Assembly (NCBI GenBank): GCA_965227295.1
Contig: OZ245742.1
Location: forward strand, 480,001-544,000
DNA: 64,000 bases
Reading direction: 5' to 3'
Source of the DNA: Leptonemataceae bacterium
GTDB lineage: Bacteria > Spirochaetota > Leptospiria > Leptospirales > Leptonemataceae
Positions 29,136 to 39,491 of this stretch are shown here, in pieces. Below the pieces are notes generated by a model, which worked only from the letters and a program-made list of their open reading frames with translations, did no database searches and had not been told where the DNA came from. The position numbers were made by a program, and so were the translations under genes. Position 1 is the first letter of the stretch. Each line of letters begins with the position of its first letter.

Positions 29136-30229
29136 TAAGGTTCCCACGCGGCGTCGTTGTCGCGGAGGAGCGTCAGCACGCGACGCAGGGTCATCTTCTC
29201 TCGTAAGATCACGTCCAGATTTTTCGCTTCGCTCAGGCTTTTGTGCAGCGGCGCGCGCAGGGGGCCGGCGTGCGAAAAAAAGAAGAACCAGGCGTTTTTG
29301 CGAAGGGACACGCTTACGCCGCGACGATGCACGTCGTCGAGGTCCAGGAACGCGCGGCGCAGTTCCGGCGTAAGCAGCTCCGCGGCAAGGGCCGGGTCCG
29401 TAGATTGAACGGGAAACGCACTCAGGAAGACGGCGTCGTCGACGCTCACGTCCTCGAGTCCGGGAAGCTCCCGGCCCGCGGCCAGTTCCAGACGTGTGCG
29501 AAAGCGGCGCGCGGGAAACGTGACCTCGATGAGCCGGCCGGTCCAGGTATCCTTGAGGTGGCGCACCGTCGTTCCGGCGGCGGCGCTGAGCGGCAGGACC
29601 TCCATCTCCCGGCCGACGACGTAGGCCGATCGCACGGTGTACTCCGGGTAACTTCCGGTGAGTAGATCTTTGCTGCGAAAGTCCTGGATCACGGTCCCAT
29701 CTGTACCAAGATAGTCGGCGAGCGTTTCGGGCTCGAATCCGCGGCCGGGATGATACGTATACGACACGAGCCGCTTCCGAAAGAACGCGGGGACGTACTG
29801 CGTGGTGTACTGCACGCCGTAGGCCTGGAACTCGGCCTGGGTGGGGGAGGCATTCCATTGCGGGCCGTAGAAGGCGATCAGCGCCGTAACGGCGGCAACG
29901 GTCAGCGGATAGGCCAGCGAAACACCGAAATATGCGTGGCCCACCAGGCCGAGGAGAAAGACGATCCCGCCGAATCCCAGGATACGGAGCGCGAACGTAC
30001 CAGATGACTCGCCGGCAATCCGCCGACGCTTACGCTCCAGAACGGCGTGGAGTTGCTTCGGATCGTTTAGAGACGGCAGCGCGCCGGAGCCGGCCGGGGC
30101 CGCTGCCGGCGGCTTCGGCTCCGGCTTCTGCTGAACGTTTTTTCGCGCTTCGGCTTCACCGGCCTCCGGCACTTCGCCGTGCTTCAACGGCAGCCAGCGA
30201 TCTTCTTCGTCTTCGGGCGGACGAGTCAC
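29135..30229 (-). CDS. Membrane protein, DUF3137-like
   Basis: Two TMs, then a soluble domain with F...F.V.STDP..A..LLTP motif. Confidence 0.55.
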   Translation of the reverse strand: MTRPPEDEEDRWLPLKHGEVPEAGEAEARKNVQQKPEPKPPAAAPAGSGALPSLNDPKQLHAVLERKRRRIAGESSGTFALRILGFGGIVFLLGLVGHAYFGVSLAYPLTVAAVTALIAFYGPQWNASPTQAEFQAYGVQYTTQYVPAFFRKRLVSYTYHPGRGFEPETLADYLGTDGTVIQDFRSKDLLTGSYPEYTVRSAYVVGREMEVLPLSAAAGTTVRHLKDTWTGRLIEVTFPARRFRTRLELAAGRELPGLEDVSVDDAVFLSAFPVQSTDPALAAELLTPELRRAFLDLDDVHRRGVSVSLRKNAWFFFFSHAGPLRAPLHKSLSEAKNLDVILREKMTLRRVLTLLRDNDAAWEP

Positions 30230-30495
30230 GCGTGCGGCGCCAGGGCTTTGAGATCCGGTCGCCGGACAAAGACGAGCGGTTTGCGTATGGTGAACACCCG
30301 TTCATGTTCTCCGCCGCGCACAGTCAGCACGGTCTCCGCGTGAGGGCAGTTCGGGCCGCAGTTGTCCGTCGTTTCGACGACGGTTGCCAGGGATTCGCCA
30401 TCGGCCAGGAGTTCCAGTTCGCGCATCCACTCCTCGAACTTCGCGCGCACGGCGGTGTTGTTCGGATCGCGTGGGTTCTGGAATTGCAGGCTCAT
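30226..30495 (-). CDS. Small hypothetical protein with CGPNCPH motif
   Basis: Stop overlaps the next start; CxxxCPHxET...IRKPL. Confidence 0.6.
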   Translation of the reverse strand: MSLQFQNPRDPNNTAVRAKFEEWMRELELLADGESLATVVETTDNCGPNCPHAETVLTVRGGEHERVFTIRKPLVFVRRPDLKALAPHA

Positions 30496-30619
30496 GGGTA
30501 TTGAGAAGCGCTCATTGAGAATGAGTTACATTTGTAGATTCGCATACAGTATTGCACGGATGGCTGGTCTGCAAGTGAAAAGACTTGCATGATTCGCACG
30601 GAATTGAGAGAAATCCGCC

Positions 30620-31165
30620 GTGCGATTCTTGATAGACCTGGCCCGGCCCGTGTTGCACAGCCGCGTGGCGGCGATTGCGCTGGCGGTGGGGTTTTGTGCG
30701 GTGGGGATGTATCAGACGATTTTCACGGGTGTCATGTACGCGGAGTACGAGACCTACGTATCCACGCCGCTCAAGCAATTAGAGGCCGTGATTTTCGATC
30801 CGGAAAGCTACCCTCAGTGGCTGGAACTTCCAGACATTGAAGGCGAGCTTGTGATTCAACAAAACCGTGAGGACGGCTCGTTTGCATGTTCCATCGGCGG
30901 AAAACCCTGGGAATGTCACTTTGCCAGTGGCAGCCACCGGGCTTCCATCGCGACGCTCTCCATGGCGTCGCCGGAGGGGGAACTGCGCCGGGCGAACTTC
31001 GAAGTATGGCCGGTGAACGACGGGGAGTTTAGCGGTGTCCATATATATTTGCTGCAAAACGCCAGCCCGTATGAGCGCAGCTTCGGCGCCCCGGCTTTTA
31101 ACGAGAGACTACGCAACACACTTATGAAGAACTATCACAGTCTCACGGAGCGCGCTGCGCAATAA
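30620..31165 (+). CDS. Membrane-anchored SRPBCC/START-like protein (pair 1)
   Basis: N-terminal TM, then YETYVSTPLKQLEAVIFDPESYPQW, similar to the ORFs at 51649 and 53513. Confidence 0.55.
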   Translation: MRFLIDLARPVLHSRVAAIALAVGFCAVGMYQTIFTGVMYAEYETYVSTPLKQLEAVIFDPESYPQWLELPDIEGELVIQQNREDGSFACSIGGKPWECHFASGSHRASIATLSMASPEGELRRANFEVWPVNDGEFSGVHIYLLQNASPYERSFGAPAFNERLRNTLMKNYHSLTERAAQ

Positions 31166-31180
31166 TTCCAGATTCAATCT

Positions 31181-32458
31181 ATGCAAGTACGATCCATCCT
31201 CGGTAAGCGCAGAGAATTCCTGTTTTTCTTCTGCCTCTCTCTGCTCGCAGGCCTCCCCGCATTGTACGAAATCATGGTGATGCCGACTCCGAAGGCTCAG
31301 ACGGATCTTTATCCCATGATTGTCGCCGCTCGCCTCTATCAGGCCGAGAAGTACGAGGGTGTCTACGCCAACGAACCATTCGGCGGTTACCGCCATCCGG
31401 ACTGGGTACGCGAAGAACAGAAGATTCCCCTGGGAAGCTGGCGGACGGTTTTCCCGTACATGCCGGTATACATGCTACCATTTGTGGTGCTCGAACGAAA
31501 CTTTACGGTACTGCAACTCGCTCTCGGTTGGGCCGTGCTAAATGCGCTCATTATGACCGCGTTTGTCGCCAGTATCGGCGCGGGCCTGCGTGCACCGGTA
31601 CTCGTGAAAGGCCTGATCACGTGCCTCATGGCCTATGCAAACATCACCTGGTTTCCAGTACACTTCGGGAATAACATCCTGCTGTGCGTGACATCCCTCT
31701 GGTTCTTCGTGGGTTTTTACATACGCGGCCGGCTCGCCCCTGCGGTTCTCTTTTATGTACTGGCCACGCTCATGAAACCCTGGGCCGTTTTGTTCGGATT
31801 GTTGCCGCTGTTTCGACTGGACTGGCGCGCCTGCTTTACGATGGGTTTTGCGTACGTCGGCGTGCTCGCCGCCCATGCATTGTGGAACTTTGACCTCTTG
31901 ATGGGCTACTTCGAACTCACCCTGGCCCACGCGAAAATGGGCGTCGTACATTACGCGAACTATTCTCCCTCTGCGGCCCTGGAACGTTTCAACATGGGCT
32001 ACTGGTTTCACTACGCCGGCGGCGCTGCATCTCCGCCGATTTCTGCCCGAGTCCGCGCCGTCGCCTATCTCGGGGTTCTCGCGGTAGTGATCGTCGGATT
32101 TCGTTCACGACGCACCGGGACGAAACTCTGGTGTACGATCATGGCCATCTTCCTGGCCGCGAACGTCTTCTGGAATCATTACGTAGCTTTGTTTCTTCCG
32201 GTGTTTGCCCCCGCCCTGCTCGGCCTCCGTCGCGAACATCCCATTTGGTTCGTCATCATATCGATCCTGGCACTGTTCACGTTTTTATTCAATCCGAACA
32301 CGCAGGTTCTGGATCTAATGAACATGATTCGTCCGATCGTGCCGCCGGATTACCTGGAACGTGTTGCGGCCATCCCGGGACTCTTTGCGCCGATAGCCTT
32401 GATCGCTACGTTCATCCTGCATATTCGGCGACGGCCGGCACGCCTCAACGTCACCTGA
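31181..32458 (+). CDS. GT-C glycosyltransferase, family 87 (DUF2029)-like (pair 1)
   Basis: Multi-TM; TDLYP, FPYMP, GNN, KPW, NYS and WNHY motifs. Confidence 0.78.
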   Translation: MQVRSILGKRREFLFFFCLSLLAGLPALYEIMVMPTPKAQTDLYPMIVAARLYQAEKYEGVYANEPFGGYRHPDWVREEQKIPLGSWRTVFPYMPVYMLPFVVLERNFTVLQLALGWAVLNALIMTAFVASIGAGLRAPVLVKGLITCLMAYANITWFPVHFGNNILLCVTSLWFFVGFYIRGRLAPAVLFYVLATLMKPWAVLFGLLPLFRLDWRACFTMGFAYVGVLAAHALWNFDLLMGYFELTLAHAKMGVVHYANYSPSAALERFNMGYWFHYAGGAASPPISARVRAVAYLGVLAVVIVGFRSRRTGTKLWCTIMAIFLAANVFWNHYVALFLPVFAPALLGLRREHPIWFVIISILALFTFLFNPNTQVLDLMNMIRPIVPPDYLERVAAIPGLFAPIALIATFILHIRRRPARLNVT

Positions 32459-32598
32459 CTCTGCGGACTCAGTGTTCAATCAGGGCAGCGATGTACGGCT
32501 TGACCCGCACTAACTCGTCCTCTAACTTGACGATATTAGCGACTCCCCGCTAATAGTTTGCTAACACGGCCGGCTACGCCTGCCGGAAGAGTCCGTCC

Positions 32599-35500
32599 AT
32601 GCGAATTCCGTCCAATTTCCGCCGCATCACCAGTGCCATCACCGCCGTCGCGCTGGCCCTGGCCACCGTCATCCCGCACCCGTCCCTGCTCGCGCAAACC
32701 CCGGTGCCATCCCTCACCCCGCAAGGATTCGACGAGGCCGAGTACGCGGCCCTCTATAATAGTGCGGCGGGCGCGGGCAGTGTCTCCGAATGGCAGGCGT
32801 TGATCGACCAGGGCCTGGCCACGTCGCCGCCCTGGGAGGCGACACTGGACACGGAAATCGCCGGCCACGTAGGCGCGGTGACGGACTCGGACGCGTACAA
32901 CAACACCGCCGCCTATCAGGACTATCTGGCCGCCCAGCTCGAATTGCAGAAGGGCGCGGACGTGGCGCAGTGGAACGCGGGCTTGAGCGCGCAGGAGGAG
33001 TACCAGCGACAGGTGTATCTCGCCGCGCTCATGAGCAACTACAGCGACGAGATGGAGCAGGAGGCGAACGCCGCGGGCTCGAACGCAAGCTGGCAGGATC
33101 AGTTCGATTACGATTACTACCAGGGCTTAAGAGAATTTGAAACGGCCTTAAGCGCCGTGGACCAGGAGTACGCAACGACGATCAGCGAGCTGGATCAGCA
33201 GGATGCAATCTTCCAACAACGCCTGGCGGAGATCCAGCAGTACGAAGACACCGTGCGTTCGAACATTACGGCGCAGGTGACGAACCTCACGAACTTTCTT
33301 TCGAGCAGCGGCATGTTCTACGACGGCGGCGGCAACCTGAACGCCGCCGGCCTGCAATTGCAGACGCTCCTCGACGACGTCAACGACGGCCTGAACAACG
33401 GCACGGCACTGTCGACGATCAGCGATCAGATTGCCACGTACATGGAAGCGCGGGAAACGGACGCGTTGCAGGAGCAGGCGGACTGGACCGCGGCAAGCAC
33501 GTGGAACGCGAACACTTCGAACACGATCGCCATCGGCAGCCTGAGCGTCTGGTTGGATAGCTATCCGGAAGTCGTCGGGATCATGAACTACGTTCTCGAC
33601 GGGGATGCATCCACGGCCATCGACCAGATTCGCGGGTACATGGGATACGACTCGGCCGTTGATATTACCATCACCGGCGCGGACGCGATCGGTTTTTCGT
33701 ACAGCTATCCTCCTACGGCCCAATGGGGCGGCGAGACGCTTTCGAGTCTGCCTGATAACCCGCATGATTACTACGGAACGACCATCAGCACGAAGTGGGC
33801 GGCGTTCACGTACATCGCATCCGGCTGCTTCGGGCCGAACGTCTGGAATCCGGGGCCCTGCGGTTATCCGGCGAGCCTGCCGGAACAATACACGACAATC
33901 ACTTACGATTTCACCGCCACCGACACCAACGCCGTCGCCAACGCCGCCACCTGGGGCGGTTACGCTGCGGCGCTGGGGCCGATGGCAAACACCTGGCGAA
34001 ACGACGTCATCCCCGCGATTCAGAACTGGGAATCCCAGACCGCCGCCCTCGAAGCGAACTACAGCGCCTGGCAGGCCGAGGCGTCGTCGTTGCGTTCCCA
34101 GGCGGAGTCGCAGTACGCGCAGAGCCGCACGGCGATCCTGGGCGAACGCTCGCAGTGGCTCGGTGAGGTTACACGCATTGCGAACGCCGGCGAAAGCCTC
34201 AGTCGCTCGGCACAAACTTCTACGGAAGAAGAGTTAGCACCGGCGCCGTTACCGGTCGTTCCCCGCGTTACGGCGCAGAGCATCTATAACCGCAATCGCG
34301 ATTCGGAGAACAGCCTCGCCGCGGCCCGCAGCCTGGGCCGGGACACGCTGAGTAATCTTACTTCACCGGATACGAGCGCCCTCGAAAACTTTCTCGAAAC
34401 CACGCAACGCAGCCTCACCGGCCTGCAAAACCTCGCATATACCGAGTCGATTCAGCTCCAGGCCGAAGAGGCGCGGCAACAGACCATCGACATGCTCGTG
34501 GGTATGGTGACGCAGGACAACGTCCAGGAAGAACGCCAGGAGATCGATTACAACCCGTACGAAGACGTGCCGGTATTGCTGCGTCCGGAGGGCTGGGAGA
34601 ACGTCAAAGCGACGCGCCTCGAAACGAACGAGGAGATGCAGGAACGTATCGAGAACCAGCGCGCGCGAAACTACACCGACGTCAAGGTCGGCAAAGACGG
34701 CACGATCATTGCCAGCCGCGCGATCAAGACGGGCGAGGCCGTGTGGAACGGCGGCGATCTTACGAACACGGACGGCTACAGCGCCGCCTACGAAACCCAG
34801 ACCGTCACGATTCGCCCGCCCCAGGCCATCAAACTCGCGAGCGGCGGTGATTTGTTCGCGAGCTGGGACTACGACGAGCTACAAGAATCACATGAAGAGA
34901 ACTTAAGCGACTTCTACGCCGGTCTGGATCGCAAGGTCCAGGCGGCCCAGGGTCAACTCGCAAACGCGAACGAACTGTTCACCGCCCGCGAAACGGCCTT
35001 CCAGCAAAACGCGGCAAGCCAGGCGCAGACCTGGTCCATGATCAAGTCCCTCGTGACTTCGATGATGGGCGGCATGGACCTCGGCTCCGCCCTTGTTGAT
35101 TACGCGAAGAATCAGATCATCGGCCAGGTGGCTTCGCAGATCGAAACGATGACCGGCATTCCCGCGGGTTTCATGTCGAGTATTCTCGGCGGCGCAAATA
35201 TTGAGCAGGCGATGCAATCTTACGCCTGGCAGGTCGTGGGCAGTCACATCGATGAAGTCACCGGCATCTCGGGCCTCGGCTCACAACTCACGGGCATGCT
35301 GCAAAAGCAGATGGCGAAGAAAGCCGCGCGCAACGGGCCGATGGGCAAACTCGCGAACAGCATGGCCGCGATGACGATGGGCGGCGGTTTCGGCGCGATG
35401 GCCGGCTTTATGATGGGCGGGCCGATGGGCATGCTTGCGGGTGCGGCGATGGGTGCGGCTACCGGCGGCGCGATGAACGAGGCCGGCGCGGCCGGATTCG

Positions 35501-38415
35501 CGGCACCGATGGCGGATGTGTTTTATGAAAACCCCATGTTGATGGATGCAACGGCTTACGCAACGGCCAGCGCAACCGGCAACCCGGGCGTCTGGTACGG
35601 CTACCAGGCGATGAAGGGAAGTTACATGGGCGGCACTGTGGGTGCGCTAACGAGCATGGCGGACTCCGCGTTGATGGCGACGCAGTTGGTTGGGGTCGAT
35701 GCGAGTATTTCGTATACGTTCGATGACGGCTTCGGTGGGAGTCTGGGGATTGGCGGAGAGTACGGTAGCATCGGTGTTAATTACAGCGAGAGGAACGGCG
35801 TGGGGGCGTACGGACGCCTCGGCCAGGGTGAGGGATTGAGCATTGGGTTCAGCGTGAGTGAGCACGGCGGGAATTCGATTAACGCCGGATACAGCAGTGG
35901 TGGTGTGAACCTCGGGGTGAGTTATAGTGATCAGACGGGCTTTGGTGCGAACGCGGGATTTGGTGGCGAAATTGCGGATGGTGTGAACGGCAACCTCGGG
36001 TTGAGCTGGAGTGAGACGGAAGGTGTTGGAGCGAATGCGGGAATAACTTACGGCAACGGCGATATCGACAGCATGCTCGGCGGCGGACTCAGTTATACGC
36101 AGAACAGCGGGCTGTCCGCGAGCTTAACTGTCGCCGGTGGTACGTTAGGGACGATTACGGCGGACGGGTTTCAATACAACGCCAACTTCGCAAAAGACGC
36201 GGCCGGGGCGGCGTTGAAGAAGAAGTACGTGGAGGATCGGAAGGCGGAGCGGGCGGAGGAGTTGGAGAAGACGCTTGAGGAGAACCGCAAGAACATGTCG
36301 CCCGAAGAGCGGGCGGCATTCGATAAGCTGAAATCTGTGGAAGATAAGGTCGCGTTCTTGAAGGAGAAGGCCGAGCAAGGCGGCGATGATGCGGTGGTGA
36401 ATGATGCGTATGGGGAGTCGTGGGATAGTCAGGACGGGCTGACAGGATTGCTGGGGAGCTTTGATCTCGGGCAGGATATGCTCAATTTCGCGAATGAAAT
36501 CACAGGTACAAACAGCGACAATACCGGATACATTGATGAGCGAGGAGACTTTCATGTGCGGACATGTTTTCCGGCATGGATGCCCGTCACTGTGGAAGGC
36601 GGCCATCTCGAAGAAATTCAGAACGTGAGAGCCGGCGACCGCGTCCTGACCTTCAATGAAAAAACCGGCGAGTTCGAGTACAAACCAGTCCGCACAGTGT
36701 GGGAGCGCCAGACACACGAGTTCCACGAACTAACATTCGAAGACGGCGTTTTTGTCGAGACGACCTGGTCTCACCCTTTTTATGTAAAAGATCGCGGCTG
36801 GGTGCCGGCTCATAAGCTTCAGCCTGGAGATCTTGTACATACGCGCGCGAGCCTGGCCGCCCAGCAAAGACAGGACAATCTCATCCATAATATTCAACTC
36901 GCAAGTCTTAGCGAAGATAATCTGCGTGAGAGCGGCCTGGACCCGCCGTTGCGCCTGTTAACAGTGAATGTCACGCTGCGCTCGGAAACGGTCTATAACC
37001 TGGACGTCGAAGATAACGATAACTTCTTCGTAAGCTCGGCCCGCATCCTCGTTCACAACCAGAACCACTACGATGATGCCGGCTACGGCGGCGCAACGTT
37101 CTCCGCGGACGGCACCAGCGGATATGGAAACGAGGAGCGCGTCGGCGATGACTCCGGACCTACGGAATACGAACAATTCATCCGCGCTACGAACCAGCCG
37201 ATCATCGAAATCTTCCCGAACGAAGATGAGAACACGAGCACTCCCGCCGCGGAGCCGGAAGATACCGGGTCAGCCACCGCCGGCACCGATGGCGTACCGG
37301 CCGAAACCACTGACGCATCCCGACAACCAGACAATCCGCGCCCTCAGGAGCCGCGCGAAAATGCAACACCGGAATCATCCGCTCCTCAACCCGAAAAGGT
37401 GACTCCAGGCACTACTCTCTGGGAAGATGTCACTGAGTTCTTTACCGCGCCGATTGTGGGTAGCTCATCCATCGCAGACCTGGCTCTGGATTCGGTAGAA
37501 TTTATTCCGGTCGTGGGAGACATTGTGGGTGCGGCTCGCTCCGGAATCGAACTGGCAACGGCAGTCTCAAATGGTGATTGGCCCTCCGCCGGTTGGGCGG
37601 CCGCAGGCGTCGGGCTGAGTATCGTAGGATTGATTCCAGGCATTGGCGATGCCGCGACAGCGATTAAGCATAGCATGAAGCATGGCGCCGATGTTCTGAA
37701 ACACGGCGATGATGTTCTTAAGCACGGCGATGATGTTCTTAAGCACGGAGACGATATCATTCGGCATGCGGACGACTTGCCTACACGCGCCGGCCCGGAT
37801 GTGGCTCCCGGCGCGAATCGCCCGGGCGGCGAAGCGGCCCAGGAACTTCAAGATCGCCAGCGACGCGAGCAGATCGAGCGACAGGAGCGGTATGGTTCCG
37901 ATGAGGGTTCCGGGCAGACACAGCCGCAACCGCAACAACAGCAGCAGGCACCGGATGGAAGGCCGGAGTTTGGCCAGCGTGCGAATCAAGGCGCAATAGG
38001 AACTCAGAATGAACAATTGGGCCGTGGTAATGCTGGCGATCCCACAGGGCCAGGGTACACGCAAGCCCAAAGCCCGGGAGAGCCGAGACAACAAATCCCT
38101 GCAACTCCGAGCGACAATGTAAATCGCGGCGAGATTCCTCCTGCACGTGGATCGCAAAGCCCGACGGGGCGCAGCGAGAATACGAAATCTCAAGATGCAA
38201 CGACCACCGGTAGTGATCGCACGCAAGAGATGCGGGCACAACAACAACATCAGAAACAGGAGCAAATGCGACGCGAGGCCCAAAAAAAAGCGATAGAGCA
38301 GGAGCAACGGAGGCGGCAACAAAATGAGCTAATACAACAGCAAGAGAAACTGCGGAAAGCGCGAGAGCGGCAACAGCAATGGGAGAGCCAACAAAGGCAA
38401 AATATGCAAGACTAA
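32599..38415 (+). CDS. Giant secreted polymorphic-toxin-like protein (Leptospira TIGR04388-like) with HINT domain, PT-TG-like region and Q/E/R-rich tip
   Basis: Sec signal ending SLLAQ; coiled coils; Gly-zipper; Gly-rich beta repeats; HINT from CFPA (36565) to LVHN (37059); FIPVVGDIVG...LIPGIGD. Confidence 0.85.
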   Translation: MRIPSNFRRITSAITAVALALATVIPHPSLLAQTPVPSLTPQGFDEAEYAALYNSAAGAGSVSEWQALIDQGLATSPPWEATLDTEIAGHVGAVTDSDAYNNTAAYQDYLAAQLELQKGADVAQWNAGLSAQEEYQRQVYLAALMSNYSDEMEQEANAAGSNASWQDQFDYDYYQGLREFETALSAVDQEYATTISELDQQDAIFQQRLAEIQQYEDTVRSNITAQVTNLTNFLSSSGMFYDGGGNLNAAGLQLQTLLDDVNDGLNNGTALSTISDQIATYMEARETDALQEQADWTAASTWNANTSNTIAIGSLSVWLDSYPEVVGIMNYVLDGDASTAIDQIRGYMGYDSAVDITITGADAIGFSYSYPPTAQWGGETLSSLPDNPHDYYGTTISTKWAAFTYIASGCFGPNVWNPGPCGYPASLPEQYTTITYDFTATDTNAVANAATWGGYAAALGPMANTWRNDVIPAIQNWESQTAALEANYSAWQAEASSLRSQAESQYAQSRTAILGERSQWLGEVTRIANAGESLSRSAQTSTEEELAPAPLPVVPRVTAQSIYNRNRDSENSLAAARSLGRDTLSNLTSPDTSALENFLETTQRSLTGLQNLAYTESIQLQAEEARQQTIDMLVGMVTQDNVQEERQEIDYNPYEDVPVLLRPEGWENVKATRLETNEEMQERIENQRARNYTDVKVGKDGTIIASRAIKTGEAVWNGGDLTNTDGYSAAYETQTVTIRPPQAIKLASGGDLFASWDYDELQESHEENLSDFYAGLDRKVQAAQGQLANANELFTARETAFQQNAASQAQTWSMIKSLVTSMMGGMDLGSALVDYAKNQIIGQVASQIETMTGIPAGFMSSILGGANIEQAMQSYAWQVVGSHIDEVTGISGLGSQLTGMLQKQMAKKAARNGPMGKLANSMAAMTMGGGFGAMAGFMMGGPMGMLAGAAMGAATGGAMNEAGAAGFAAPMADVFYENPMLMDATAYATASATGNPGVWYGYQAMKGSYMGGTVGALTSMADSALMATQLVGVDASISYTFDDGFGGSLGIGGEYGSIGVNYSERNGVGAYGRLGQGEGLSIGFSVSEHGGNSINAGYSSGGVNLGVSYSDQTGFGANAGFGGEIADGVNGNLGLSWSETEGVGANAGITYGNGDIDSMLGGGLSYTQNSGLSASLTVAGGTLGTITADGFQYNANFAKDAAGAALKKKYVEDRKAERAEELEKTLEENRKNMSPEERAAFDKLKSVEDKVAFLKEKAEQGGDDAVVNDAYGESWDSQDGLTGLLGSFDLGQDMLNFANEITGTNSDNTGYIDERGDFHVRTCFPAWMPVTVEGGHLEEIQNVRAGDRVLTFNEKTGEFEYKPVRTVWERQTHEFHELTFEDGVFVETTWSHPFYVKDRGWVPAHKLQPGDLVHTRASLAAQQRQDNLIHNIQLASLSEDNLRESGLDPPLRLLTVNVTLRSETVYNLDVEDNDNFFVSSARILVHNQNHYDDAGYGGATFSADGTSGYGNEERVGDDSGPTEYEQFIRATNQPIIEIFPNEDENTSTPAAEPEDTGSATAGTDGVPAETTDASRQPDNPRPQEPRENATPESSAPQPEKVTPGTTLWEDVTEFFTAPIVGSSSIADLALDSVEFIPVVGDIVGAARSGIELATAVSNGDWPSAGWAAAGVGLSIVGLIPGIGDAATAIKHSMKHGADVLKHGDDVLKHGDDVLKHGDDIIRHADDLPTRAGPDVAPGANRPGGEAAQELQDRQRREQIERQERYGSDEGSGQTQPQPQQQQQAPDGRPEFGQRANQGAIGTQNEQLGRGNAGDPTGPGYTQAQSPGEPRQQIPATPSDNVNRGEIPPARGSQSPTGRSENTKSQDATTTGSDRTQEMRAQQQHQKQEQMRREAQKKAIEQEQRRRQQNELIQQQEKLRKARERQQQWESQQRQNMQD
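37678..37779 (+). repeat. 21-bp coding tandem repeat (KHGDDVL x~5)
   Basis: KHGADVL-KHGDDVL-KHGDDVL-KHGDDII-RHADDL. Confidence 0.9.
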
Positions 38416-38445
38416 CTATGGTTTAATGTCCAACGTGACGCAAGT

Positions 38446-39465
38446 ATGGATCGCCAACACAGAATCTCAGAACTACGCGAGATTGTTCGCGCGAATCCAA
38501 ACGATGTAGAAAACTGGCTGGAGCTGGGTCTTGCACTAACGCAAGCCGGGCTTTATGACGAAGGAATCCTGGCGCTGACCAAGGCCTATGAACTTGCTCC
38601 GCATAATGCTGAGATCGGAAATTGGCTGGCATATTCTCTGAACGAAAGCGGTCAGTTCAAGGAGTCCTTATCCATCTCAACAGCTCTCGTATCTCAAACA
38701 CAGTCCGCAACTGCCCTTTACTATATGGGTTGGTCGTTACGAGAGCTGGGAGAATGGGAAGCAGCACTCAAGGCCTTTGAGAAAGGCATTCAGCAGGAAC
38801 CGGAGAGTCAGAACCTCTTCGGCGCTGCAACGGTATTTATACATCAGGGACGTCATGCAGAAGCCGCAGAGTACTTACGGAAGGCTCTGCAAGTAGATGG
38901 GGGGGAGAATCCAGAGATACTCTACTTGCTTGCCATGTCGGAAATTGAATTGGGTCAGCGCGAACAGGCCGTACAAAGCCTGGAACAATGTCTACAGGCC
39001 GCCCCAGACCACATAGCTGCAGCCAATGAATTGGGTCTTTTGTATACACAAGTCAATCGCATCCCGGATGCTTTGACACTCTTGAATGATACTCTGAAGC
39101 GCGATTCTGAGCACATTGTGACCCTCAACAATCTCGGCTATGCCTATTTCCTGGCGAGGTTATATAAGAAAAGTGAATTTTATCTGCGAAAGGCATTAGA
39201 TCAAGATCCGGATTACTCCAATGCCCTTTATGGACTCGGCAGTGTCTATGCAGAATCCGGGAACTACGAGGCTGCCGTCATAGAACTGGAGAAACTGGTC
39301 TCCGTGGCGCCGGACTTCATCCCCGGCTGGATCAGCTTGATTAACAGCTATGTGCAGAATAAGGATAGTAGGGAAGCCTCGGCAACCTTAAAGCGAGCAC
39401 TGCAGAGACACCCGGAATCCGAACAATTGAAAGGCCTGTCGCTGGAACCGGATTCCCAAGACTGA
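38446..39465 (+). CDS. TPR protein, type A (candidate immunity)
   Basis: About 9 TPR motifs; starts 30 bp after the toxin stop; lower GC. Confidence 0.88.
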   Translation: MDRQHRISELREIVRANPNDVENWLELGLALTQAGLYDEGILALTKAYELAPHNAEIGNWLAYSLNESGQFKESLSISTALVSQTQSATALYYMGWSLRELGEWEAALKAFEKGIQQEPESQNLFGAATVFIHQGRHAEAAEYLRKALQVDGGENPEILYLLAMSEIELGQREQAVQSLEQCLQAAPDHIAAANELGLLYTQVNRIPDALTLLNDTLKRDSEHIVTLNNLGYAYFLARLYKKSEFYLRKALDQDPDYSNALYGLGSVYAESGNYEAAVIELEKLVSVAPDFIPGWISLINSYVQNKDSREASATLKRALQRHPESEQLKGLSLEPDSQD

Positions 39466-39491
39466 ACCTTGAGTCCCCATAGTGAACCCCT

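Noticed and set aside
36565-37059. Mobile intein with homing endonuclease
   Set aside because: Only ~165 aa, no LAGLIDADG/HNH motifs, and the +1 residue is Gln; it fits a toxin-type HINT.
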